A DNA stretch of 64,000 nt, taken from positions 26,846,001-26,910,000 of the forward strand of contig OZ241826.1 of assembly GCA_965202585.1 (NCBI GenBank), in the 5' to 3' direction. Positions 20,410-33,100 of the stretch are shown in pieces (within the stretch, counting starts at the first letter, position 1; each line of letters begins with the position of its first letter). A program made the position numbers and the translations under genes. The DNA is from Thalia democratica (lineage: Eukaryota). The notes under the pieces are model-generated. The model did not search any database. It was given only the letters and a program-made list of their open reading frames with translations, and had not been told where the DNA came from.

Positions 20410-21047
20410 GTTTACTTACTAAAAGTTACTTAAAGCATTTAGTCTGGAATTTTATGGTTAAAGTGTATATATTTCATATTTAAGAATTTTTACATTCAAA
20501 TAAATATTTATGAAAAGCACTAACTAGCTTGGCCATGTTTAGTAAAAGCTAGTAAAAGCATTTAGTCAGAAAGGATAAATTTTAAAAAACCTATTTTAAT
20601 CGCAAAATTGTCTTTTTTTAGTCAACTTCAAATCCTTTTTTCCTATTCATAAACAGTTATAGTTAATTTAAAACTATTGGCACAAACAACTACAGCACTG
20701 ACTTGTTTATTATTTTAGTAAAAGTTACCTTAAGTGTTTAGTATGAAAGGTGCTTGTTTTAGAATAAGTTAAAACTACATTTTAGTAAACTTGACAACCA
20801 TTTATTTATAAAATATAGTAACAGTTATATGTTAGAATTATAGCACTATTATGAACTATTACAGCACTAACTTAGCAATTATTATGTTTAGTAAAAGTTA
20901 CTAAAAGCTTTTAGCAGGGTTGCCACAGATAAAGCTGAGAAAAATTTCCTTACTTTTCTAAACCCAACTCTTAATCTAAACTTATTTTAAAATACATAAT
21001 CTAACACTTGAAACTATATAAAGCTTTCAATCTAGTTTTAATACAAA

Positions 21048-21906
21048 GGGAATATGGGGGTCCATTTTTTTTTTACTAAAAATAACATTGGATTATATAT
21101 GAAAGCTACAAGCTACAAAATTTTTATAGAACTAAAAATCCTTATTTAACTTTTGAGATATTGTAGTTTTTATAAAAAGTTTCCTATACAAACATAAAGA
21201 ACGCAAATTTTTTGGGGTTAAGTTTAAAAATTCACTAAAAATCTATACTCTCCTTCATTTTTTGAGCTAGAGACCTCAAACTTTCAGAAACGTTCCATTT
21301 ATAGTTAAAAAGACTTTGAGTTTTGGAACTTTTAAAATATTAGAAAATAAAAATTTTAGATTAAAATAACATGTTTTAAAAATTTAAAGAACTTTGAAAA
21401 AGTTTCAAAGAGATAAAGTACACACATATACACACTATAAATCACTAAAAATCTATCTCTTCCTACGTTTTTTGAGATAACTATCTCAAACTTTCAGGAA
21501 ATGTTCTTTGCAATATTTAAAAAATTTGATTTGAAGAAAATTTGAATTTTTTTTTTTAACTAAAAGATAAAATTTTTATGACAAAAAAATAAAAAAAAAA
21601 CTTTTTTTTTGTTAGCTTATTTTATGACAATTTTTTTTAAATATTGCAAGGAACACTCTCTGAAAGTTTGAAGTATTTATCTCAAAAAACAAAAGAGAAG
21701 ATAGATTTTTAGTGAAATAGTCTTTTTTTTTTTTTTGATTTGCGCCTTCCATAAGAAACCTATCGTTGCCTCCGACTTTGACCAGCAATATCTCAAAGAT
21801 CATTTTAATTTTTTTAAATCTTTAAGAAACATTTTGTAGCTTAGTTAAAAATCTATAAAATAAGATCAAATCGTGAAAAAAGTGATTTACCCCTCCCACT
21901 ATGCCA
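21048..21906. mobile_element. Older, reverse-oriented copy of the same MITE family
   Basis: Degenerate ends; internal blocks shared (ctcaaactttcaggaaatgttc, gcctccgactttgacc). Confidence 0.7.
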
Positions 21907-22267
21907 TTAAAACTTAAAACTTTGTTTCGTTTGTGTGAAAAACACAATGATGATTTTAATACACTAATAATTCTGCAACAAATTCAGTTACTTAATAATT
22001 ATAATAAAAAATATTTTTAATTTAAAGTAAAACAGATTTCAACTATTTTTTTACCAATTTTTTACTTTATTAAAAAGTTTATTTAAAATTTGGAGCGGTT
22101 TAAAACTTAGATAAAAACTTTTAACAATAACTGATCATTTCATTGCAACTGTGGAAGAATTGTTAAACAAACTTGTTGAACTCTTTAACTTGGTTGCCTA
22201 TATTTTGAAATTTAGTTTTAAGATGTAATACAAAGCATGTAGTCTTCTATTTTTAGATTAAAGTTAA

Positions 22268-22945
22268 GGCCATAGGGGGGGGGGGTCCACTTTGTTTTTT
22301 ACAACTTGATCTTATTTTGTAGAATTTAATCTGAGCTATCAGACACTTTTATTTGCTTAAAAAAACTCAAAGTAATTTTTGAGATATAAGCGATCAAAGA
22401 AAGGGCCAATAGGTTCCTTATGGAAGGCGAAAACTAAAAATGCAAAAAAAGACTATTTCACTGAAAATCTATCTCCTCCTTCATTTTTTGAGTAATTTTT
22501 CTCAAATTTTTACAGAATGTGTATCATTAAACTTTGAAGAGATCTATTGTAGGATTTTTTTTAATTTTGAGTAAAAAAAAAAATTATTGTCAAAAAACTA
22601 CCCTTTTTTTTAGTTTTTTGTGGATAAAATTTTTATTTTTCAAAATTTTAAAAATTCCAACATTCAGATTCTTCAAAATATAAGGAACATTTCCTGAAAA
22701 TTTGAAGTCTCTAGGTCAAAAAATGAAGGAGGAGATAGTTTTTTAGTGAATTTTAAAATTTCCAAGAAAATTGACCCCAAAAAATACCTTTATGTTGGAA
22801 AATTTTTACAAAAAGTTAAATATCTCAAAAGTTAAATGATATTTTTGAGTTCTATAAAAACTGGCTTATAGTTTGTACTTTAAGCTTTCATATAAAAGCC
22901 AAAGTTAATTTTAGTAAAAAAAAATGTTGGACCCCCCCTATGGCC
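22268..22945. mobile_element. TTAA-flanked MITE, same family (GGCCATAG ends)
   Basis: TTAA|GGCCATAGGG ... CCCTATGGCC|TTAA; internal homology to 18355-18883. Confidence 0.88.
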
Positions 22946-23689
22946 TTAAATTAAGAATTTAAACTGTATTAAGTAGTATAAAAACATTGAAAAAATATTA
23001 TGAAGCTACTTTAAATGTGTCTTTTTTTATAATTAAAAAATCTAATGATAATAACTTTTTTAAATCAATATGATAGATTTTTGTGTCAAACCAAAATTTT
23101 ACTACTTAAATGTAAAAACTGATAAAAACTCCAGATTTATTATTGTTTTCTGTTTAAAATTTTAATTTTTTTTCAATTTATCTAAAATTCCAGGTTTTTT
23201 AGCCTAAATTTTCAAATTACAGGTTTTTCCTGGTTTTGTAGTAGCCTTGTTTAAAAAATTATGTGATACTTTTTATAATCTTTTAAAGTTAAACTTACTG
23301 AAAATTAAATGGCCTGTTTAGAAAATGTTTAATAAGACAGACCAAAAAATATTATTTCAGGTAAATTAGACCTGGAAAATAAAAAAATTTCTCAATTTTA
23401 TTATAGTATAAATCTGCTTTCAAATAAAGGTTGCTACTTGTTTTATTGGAAACAATGTTTGACCACCCCTAAAAGCTTAATATAGTATTTTATTATGAAA
23501 TTTGTTATAAAGTAAAATTATTTTATTTTTAAAGGCATTAGAATTTAGATCTTGAATTTTTACTATTGCCTTGTTTTAACTTTCTCAACGCAATTTTTCA
23601 TTTTAATTTAGAACTGGCAATACATCATTATTTTAAGATGTTTTAAAACTGTTACAACAATTCTCAGAACTTTTTAATTTATTAATTTA

Positions 23690-24061
23690 CAGGGTGGCCA
23701 CTAATTTTTTCTGAGTTTCATCCAGATTTTCAGAATTCCTTTCAGATTTTAGAAAGTACATGTTTTTGGGTCTATTTTTAGTTTAAAATTAAGCTTAAAG
23801 AAAAACTGTGTTAAAAAGGATATCAACATTGAAAAGATACTGTGTGCTTTTTTAAATTTCTTTTTAATAAAAATTAATTTGAATAGTTAAATTTATTTGT
23901 CTTTATGATAGTTTTTGTGTCAAACCAAAAGTCAGTACTCAAAATGTAATTTAAAATTATAATAGTTTTAAATTTCAGGTTATTATAGGTATTTTAAAGG
24001 TTTTTGTGCAAAATTCAAGGTTTTTTTTTATTTCTAAAATTCCAAATTTAGTGGCCACCTG
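23690..24061. mobile_element. MITE with CAGG(G)TGGCCACTAA terminal inverted repeats
   Basis: Inverted ends at 23690 and 24061; related sequence near 23.0-23.25, 56.9-57.2 and 63.2-63.35 kb. Confidence 0.65.
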
Positions 24062-26027
24062 AATAATACTTTTCTACTACATCTATCATAAAAGTTATTA
24101 GTAAAGAGCAGTCAATAAATTCATAATAGTTGAAATGGCATGATCAGCTTTTAATGGACAAATAAGAAAAGTTTATATTAAAATTATTTATTATATTATT
24201 TAAAAACAAAATAATAACAAAAACTGATCTTTAACTTATAAAACAATATTAAATGTTAATTTTTATGACATGGTAGGTTAGTATTAATTGAAAAGTGACT
24301 ATCAGTGATCAGTAAAAATTCAGATTAGTATTGTACTAGTATGATAGGTTGTTAAAACCTACTACAACCTTATGTGTAAACATTAGTTCGAATAAAAAAG
24401 TAGCTACTTATAACTATGTGATTCAGAAATAGTTTTGGTTTATTTTTATACTTTAAAATTAAATTTAAAAAAAGTAAATGATTCTACAAATAACCAACTT
24501 TTAAGAGATTATTCAATCTAGACTAAAATTTTTAATTGAAGACAAGTAGTTGATCAATTTTTGTTTAGATAAAAACAGATGTTAATAAAATAGTATATAA
24601 GCTGATTCTACTTTTTTATTCAAATTAATTGTAAACTAAGGTAAAAGTAAAAATCACAAACTTGCACAACAAATACCTAATTTCAAAACTTTATCCAGCA
24701 GTCTTTTTTTCATATATTTTTGAATGTTGTTTAATTTAAATGTTGATAGTATTTAAAAACTTCTAAAAATAGTTATGTTATTTGTCCTCTTTCTTCTTTA
24801 AAGTTAATACAATTTAATAAGTTTGTATATATGCCATTTCTTTATAATTATAGCAAAGTACAGTTGCTATGTACAAAATGTTTTCTTAACAAAGTATTCA
24901 AAACATTGAAGGTTTAAGAGTATCCAATCCACGACTAAAATAAACTTTAATTGGAAATACATTACAGAATGGAAAATTAATGATTTTCAATTTAAAAAAT
25001 TAAAACAAAAATGTAATTTTTAAATTTTTTAAACTTGATATAAAACCAAAGATTTGTATATAAAAATTTATAACTTTATTTTTAAGCCGATTATTTTTAT
25101 TTTGGTTTTAACATAGCTACGTTTGGAATTTAAAAAAATAACTTTTGTTTAATTACAATGCAAACCTGTTTTATATGATCATTTTCATGTATTTAAATAA
25201 AAGTGTTCTATAGCTTAAAAAGATATAACATTTAAAAATACGTACAACTGTATGTTTAAAAAACTAAGTTTGTATGTATACAAAACTAAACTACTGGAAG
25301 GTTTTTTTAACTTTTGATATTTCGAGGCAAAAATAAATATTTTTTTTTGTTTTTATAAAAAAAATTTAATTGTAAAAGATTTTGTGTGATTATAAAAAAT
25401 AACAAACTTTAGCTCAGTTGTACAAAAAAATGTAATAAGAAAACTAATTAATTGTGCTACTCAGTGAATGTAAAAAAAATAATATGTTGAAATAAATATT
25501 CTTCAATTTTAAAGTATATACACTTTAATTGTTACAAAATATTCTGTTATTATATTAAATAAAAGTTTATATACCATTTAAATGCTTTTTTAAATTGAGT
25601 AATTGTGGCTCATTTTTTTTTTGTTAGAGTAAAGGAACATTTTACAGCTACGAACTTAATTACAAATACAACTCTTTTTAAGTAATTACAGAATTTATTT
25701 TTTGAAATAAATTTTTAATTGATTTATTTAAATTTTGCTTGTTAGTATTATAAAAAATCTTTAAAAGTAAACTTAATTATTAAAATAACTAAAACTTACA
25801 GTTATAGAATATTGAATCTAGTTTTAAAAACATTGTTTTTTTTTCTATACGGCTTTATTAAATTTTAGTATTTTTAGATTATACCAATCTAATTAAAAAC
25901 TCTAATTTTAAAAACATATGAAGATTAGAAGTTATAAAAAATGAAATTTAAAACAACATGACGTTTTAAAATACATTTAAAGATATACAAAAACATTTAT
26001 AGATTTTTCAGTTTGAAAGTTCTTTGC

Positions 26028-27148
26028 TTAACCATTGTATATCAACATTTTTGTATACTTATGAACATAATCTAAAGCATATTGTTTGATCGTGTCAACA
26101 ACCAGAAACTGGAATTCCATGTTCGCGTGACTTGCATTTAAGTTTCTTAGTTTTAATTTGATTGAGTAGTGTTCCCCGCTTATTTTCTCTTTTACGTTTA
26201 TGTTGCTGTGAAAAACAAAAACATTGCAATCATTTTTTTCTATCCATTCTATCAGTATTTATTTGATATTATCATAAAAAAACAAGCAAAGACTTGAATG
26301 GAAACAATTGTGTTGAAACTGTTTTACTTACATTACAAGTTCATACTACAAACTTATTATAAGAGGTTAATAAAGAAATAACTTTAATAATAGTGATTTA
26401 CTAGCATAGTTAAATTTGAGAGACTAACAGTGGATTATCAATGTGGTTGTAAATATTGTATTGTGGGGATAGTTGTGCAATTTTTTCTACCTCTTCTTCT
26501 GTTGCCCTTCTTTCAGAATAAGGATTAAATGCTAAAACTAACATCTGTGAGGAAAATTAAACTTATCAAGTTGAACAGTTTTATAGATATATTTGTGTTT
26601 TGTTAACCTATATTTCAAAAATTACAAGAAAAAATACTTTATAATTCACTTAACACTATGCATTTTAAATTTGTTTTAGTTTAAAAAGGTTCACAAGAAG
26701 TAAAACACAAAAGTCAAATTTAAAATTACATTTTTTTTATCGTCGTTTATATTTTAGTGTAGTAAATATTCAACTTAAGATGTTGCAACAACTTTTTCAT
26801 ATGTTGTTTTGCATTTTTTTTAATGTCGTTTTGAATCTAAATTGCTATATATAGAATTAAATTGTGCACATACTTTTTTTTTATATAGTATGTTTTGATT
26901 TTGAAAAAAAATATACGCTTATATAAATGAGCTAATAATGAGCAAACTAGTTCTTTTGTACACTATTTACCAGTATAAGTTTACAAATTGACATAAAATT
27001 AAATAATAACAAACGTTGTGTAGCTTCACAACGTAGAAAAACTCTTTTGCTGGTTTCCAGAATAAATTCACTCCGATTGGGATGGTGACATTTTCGCCAT
27101 CGTGATAACTGACTTCTCTATGCCTCGAATAATAATCAATCTTGAATA
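26028..27148 (-). CDS. Three 3' exons of the ILEI gene (27148-27015, 26544-26429, 26205-26028); beta-rich, possibly Ig-like
   Basis: Canonical splice sites, phases 1-0, 0-2, 2-stop join in frame; the last exon could instead use an internal donor. Confidence 0.7.
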
Positions 27149-30100
27149 CTGTGTTGAACATAAATTTTTCTCAAAAATTTGTTTAAGTAATATAACAGAT
27201 TGCTTTTAATGCACATAATTTGGTGAAAAGTAATATAAAACTAAAAGTAGAGCTTACTGCTGCATTTTACGATTTTATAATACTTTATACAAGCTTTTGA
27301 AAATACTTAAATAAACTAAATATCAGGTCCTGGACATGGGAACAAACTACACCCGTGGTGTTTTATTAATTAATATAACCAATTTTTTTTCATACGCCAG
27401 GTTTCATTCTTGGACCATTTATTCAAGAGCTTTTTCGTCATTGAAGAAACACAATATTTAAAAAAAATTAAAAGTTTAAAAATAGGAAGGCATAAAAAAG
27501 GTACAAAAAGATAAATATACTTGAAACAAACTATGCCGAGAAGCGAAAGTTAGTATTAAATATTAATGCGTAAATTTACACTACTTGAATAAATTCAATA
27601 TTTTTATCTATTGAATCTAAAGTTTCAGAATCAAATAAAGTATTCAATATTCATTTTTGCCACTATTCTATTTTTATAAAACTTAAAGCACAACTTTGTT
27701 ACTTTAGGAGTCTAACTGTTACGTCCCACGCATATTTTATCATGTGTGCTGAAAATAAATTTGTATATTTAAAAAATCCAGCTTGATTTGCAATGAGGGC
27801 ATACAGAGCTTTGAACAAAAAGTCATTTAAATAACTTCATAAATAAATTAATTTGCCATAAACAGCCGTAAAATGATTAAAAACCAACTTGACTTGCAAT
27901 GCGGACATTTCAGAACTTTTTATAAAAAGTCGTTTAGTTAACTTAGTAAGTTAATTATTAATTTAGTAAATTAATTAAGTAGTTACATAAAGCCGTAACA
28001 TGATATAAAAGACTAACTTGACTCGCATTTGGGACATTCCCAGGGTCTGGGCCACCACTTTCCGTATCTATCGCACTTGTAGTCCGTCGGAATAGAATAA
28101 GGAGCATATCTGTATGATAAGTATCATTCTTAAAGCTAAGCATGTTTATTGAAATAACCTACTGTTGTGGTTGCAACTAACACAACATGTTATTTATTTG
28201 CTCATTGTTTAGCAGAACACTTGGTTTTTAGAAAATTACTCAATCAAAAACCGAAACAAAAAGGATAACTATTCATAACCTATGTAAATATGACTCATTT
28301 TTTTTTAAAATCCACTATTTATTAAAGTACCTTGTGTTACACGACAAAATCACGTGACAATCATTCCCGCCGTTACAGTTTTTATTGTCACGTGATCTCC
28401 AAATTTTTTTGTTCAAACCGTAAAATTCTGTGAAATCGTTGTTATTGCAAATATCACCATTTGGCAGTAGGCAACCTAAAAATGTTTATTAACAATTTTT
28501 AATTAGATTAATTTTCAGCACTATAAAAGTATATAGCACATAAAGTTAATTATAAATAGAAATACTGTTTCAAAAATTTTATAAACAACTAATAAACAAC
28601 AGGGACGTGTTTTGACTGGTTTCCTGTTTCCTGTGAACCCCTCTAAAAAAAATATATATTGTTAGAATGTCACTAAAAACGTTGTTTATTGTCTGTGTTT
28701 TGGTTATTTGATAAACTTTGAATGACGAATATTTAATTTATAACACTAAAAGATTATAAGTTTTCGTAACAAAAAATGCTCGTTTTTGCCCAGCTGAAAT
28801 TGATTTCAAATAAAATTTTAATTGTGACGTGATAATAGGTAAAAGTTTTAAATTCGAATTTTTTTTCTAGGTAACTTTTTTGAATGATTTATTATCAAGA
28901 TTTTACATTCTTTTTATTGGTATTTTTAGATTGTTTAAAGTTCAAAAGTTTTTATTTACTTTATAAAGTTTTATTCCAGCTGTGCTTTTTATTAATTCTG
29001 CTCAAAACAAAATATGAAAATTAATGATAATGCTCGTAAAAAGTATGATCTCAATTGTTTTATTTAAGTAAGTTGCAGTTTTATTTTCGACAATTTCTAA
29101 AGGTTTTTTCATTGAGTTTTGTATTATACAACAGACTTATTAAGTTTTTTTCAAAGTTTAAACCAATGGTTATAAAATACTAAGACTACTTACAAGTTTT
29201 GGTCTTTAATTGCCTATATTATTCATAATACAATGTTTGTTATTTTTGTTAATTAAAGAAACTGTATGTAACATATTTCTTTTAAATAACGGATTTTAAT
29301 TTTGATATACAATTTCGTGACTTTTTTTGGTTCTTTTACTTTTAGTTTGTATAAATTTAATACAGTATATAAAAAATATATACTATTAATCTTTTACTAC
29401 TTATATGTTACTTTTTTTTAATTTCTAAGCAGAAAAAAGTATTTTAGAAAACAGAGTTTTTCGGCTTAACATTGCGTACTTAACAGGCAGTGCATACCTA
29501 ACAAATGCGTACTTAAGCAGCAAATTAAGAACAAAAATATTGTGAACCCCCATTGAAAATGTCTAGACACGCCCCTGATAAGCAACCTAAATGAAAGATA
29601 AAAAGTCTTATAACTTTCAACATGGTTAAAGTAACCATAACAAGAATTTGCAAGTTACTTTAAAGATTAAATCATATCAAAGTATTTACTGATACAAACA
29701 TGGTCATGGCTTCCCAAACTTTTTTCATAAAAAACCTTTTCAAAAAACTTACAAAAAGCTATGGCCTTCTCTCGAAAAAAAATGTTAAATATGCCTAAAC
29801 TTTTTTTTGCTCTTAACCGTCAATTTCAGAAAATATAATGTAAGTTTCAAACTATGGTCCCATGGTCCCCCTGTGGCCCATTTAATACTCACGCCCCTAC
29901 CCCTTGGTCCCTTTATAGCTTATGGCCCCTAAATATCTGAAATGGCCAACTTTGGCAAACCCTGGTTTAGGTGGTTTAATTGAGAGACGTGTAACAACCT
30001 GAATGTTGGCAAGACCGGCGAATCGATTTATTTTTTTAATAAGCATTACTATATTTAAAATGAACTTTGTCGAAGAAGCAGTTGAAAGTTTAAAATTCAA

Positions 30101-33100
30101 GTTTAAATTGTTATTGAATCGTCCATCTGTTTTTTTACTTGTCTATGCTAGAAGTTCTATTTATCAAGCAAAGACTGTTATGTTTTAGTTATTATAATTT
30201 GTAGTCAGAGTTGTAACGTTTAGCCTCTTTTAAGCCACTTGAAAATAACCAAGCCTTTGTTTACAAAAGGCAGTTTCAAATAAAGTTAAGTAGTTTGAAT
30301 TAGCTTGTATTATTAGAAGTTTAAATAGTTTTGTTTTATTATTTGAAAAACATTTTCGAGTTTAAATAAATTTGCACAGCACAGTCTGAAAGTTTGTTCA
30401 AATGTTTGTTAACTTTTTTAATATCTTGAATTAAATGTGAAAAAAATTTTCAGGATACAGCCTTGTTTTATTTTGTTTGTAGTTTAAACAAAAATTTCTA
30501 AAACAACCTTGCTTACTGCATTTAAAAAAATTGAGTTTATTAGCAAACCCCAACTTCCCTTGATGACGATTTTTTCTAAACGCCTTTATTATAAACATTT
30601 ATATTTAATACTAATTGTTTTTTTAAAAATACCCCAAACTCAACGTCATTATCGTTTTAACGTCAGTAAACGGGCTATATCAATTTCATTATTAACTGTT
30701 GAAAACAAAATGTCGCTCCGTTTCAAACCGAAATTTACTCGTGACGACCCCACCAAACCATCCAACGGATTGTAATATACGTTGTTACACCTTCTATCAA
30801 CTGTGTTTTATGACGTCACTCACTTTCGAACCGAAATCTGCTCGTGAGTACCACCACCTTTCCCTCCTCGCGCGGGTTGTACGAGCACTTCTTCCAATCG
30901 GGTATTCCCCACCCATGGCTGTTACTCCCATCGGGAATCTTCCTCGTTATCAACGCAAACGGCGTCCTGTCTGTTTGTTTTATTTATGTGCATATGTCAT
31001 AATTCAACGTGCAGGCAGGTCATTACGTCACAATACATCTGTTATTTATAGACGGTAACATTTCACGACGGCGCGTGACAAAAAAAATAAGTCAATAAAC
31101 ATCCAGTATATATATATATATATTCACTTAATGGGTTAAATACTCAAACAAAAGACGGGGTCAAGACGAACACGTTTCATCGCGTTTCCACGTTTCAAAG
31201 CGTTTCAAGCTGAAATTTTAAATTTATCAATTATCTGGCAAAACCTATAACTCCTTGTAAAGAGCCTCTCTGTACGATCGAAGGTGCTAAGTTACTTCCA
31301 GTATGTGTGACGTGTACATATATTACGTCATAATAGTTTATTTATTCGAAAAAAAAGTTTTGCACGCGCAATTTTCTCGTCGAAAAAAAAAAACATATGC
31401 AAAGTGTGTTTTTTGTAAATTTCAAATCCTCTAAAAAAAATATTATATATTTTAAAAACTGACTGATAAACTACCTATTTTTTTAATAAGAATAGAATTA
31501 TATTAAAAAAACTGTAGTTATTATTGAAATTGTTTATATATATATGTATATATATATATATTACTTTTTATGTTGCACAATTATGACGTACAATTTTCTT
31601 AAAGTTAAATAACTATGAAGCTCGTTGTACAAGCATATTTCAAAACTTTTAGGAGAAAACATATTTACATACTAACACATGGTAAACGGGCAGCCCTTCA
31701 TCTTATTGTCTTTGTAAGTTTCCGAACCGAATCTGTCTATGTAAGAAATTATATTGTCGTCCCAGTGACTGGGCCATGAAGAGTCTTGGATTGCCATTAG
31801 AACTATGCTGTTCATTTTAACTTTCATCAAGAACACCACCATGTTATCGGCCTGAAATTTTTATTTACTCAGCTGCTTTTGCGTATAGCTTCATCATTTA
31901 AAGCATTTTGTTTTCTATGACTTAAGAAACCTTTATCAAGTTAAGTAAGTTAATAAAAAAAGTTTATCCTCAGCTGAACAATGTTCTACAACAAATGTAA
32001 TAAACCAATCTTTTTTTTTTAATTAATTTATTTGTAAGTTTAAAATGGTGTAAAATAATTCATACTACAACCAATCAGCAGAATAACAAATTAAAGAACC
32101 TCCATTTTAGACAAACCACGAAAAATAAAAACTTGTCTCATCTCAACTTGACAAACTCACAAAAGAAACAAAAACAAATTCACCTCCGATTCGCTCGCGT
32201 AAGTGTCGAAGCTTACGGACTGGTACTCGTCAGTGTACGTGTTGATCTCCACGATATTGTGACCCCTCTTGTTTTGGCACAAGTCCCTGCCGTTGACCCA
32301 TATCTGGCAGTTGTACCTGGCGGAGCGGACCTCGATGTCGTAGGAGCCTTGAGTTTGTTGAACAAAATAGAAAGTTTATTAATGCTCGATAAGGTCATTA
32401 TTGCGAAGTATGAATCGTTTTAAACTTATCAAGGTAACATTAATGTACCATCTAAACACACAGCGAACAATGTTATAAAAAATACAAGATTATTTTACGA
32501 TAATTAAACCTAAATTTAATGAAATTTAAAGAAAATTATGAAATTATCTTAATTCCCGTATTTTTTAATGCAAATGTACATTATCTTTACTGAACAAAAA
32601 AATAAGCTAAAAAAACTAAGAAACAAAACAAAAAGGCCATGAATAAAAGTACTAACCATCCGGGGCTAGGGGTACTTTTTCTCTGCAAAAAAAAGCAAGT
32701 TTAAGACAGATACTATTGCAATACATAAAAAAAAATTAAAAGTTATAACTATAAAATGGCAGCAAATTTAGTGGTAAATTTATAATATTATTTTAGTGTA
32801 GGTCTGATGTTTTATAAGTTAAGCTTGAATTAAACGCTAAAATTAATGATGTTAAAACTTTGTTCTTATAACAATAAATGTGCAATGTTTGATTAACGAC
32901 TTATGCAAACAACTTTTTGTTTTCTTAAAACTTAAGAAAATTGATCTTAATAGCAACTCTAAACTAACGCTTTAGTAGAATAAAATAAGTATGAAAAACA
33001 AATAATTAGGCAAAACAGCTTCATTGCAAATATAACAAAACTTGATATGTTTTTAAAGTTGTTTCAATGAAAGCTTTAAGTGCATGTACAATACTTTGTT

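Noticed and set aside
20915-20932. RFX X-box upstream of tektin (GTTGCCAC)
   Set aside because: Only a half-site, and it matches the CAGGGTTGCC MITE terminus.
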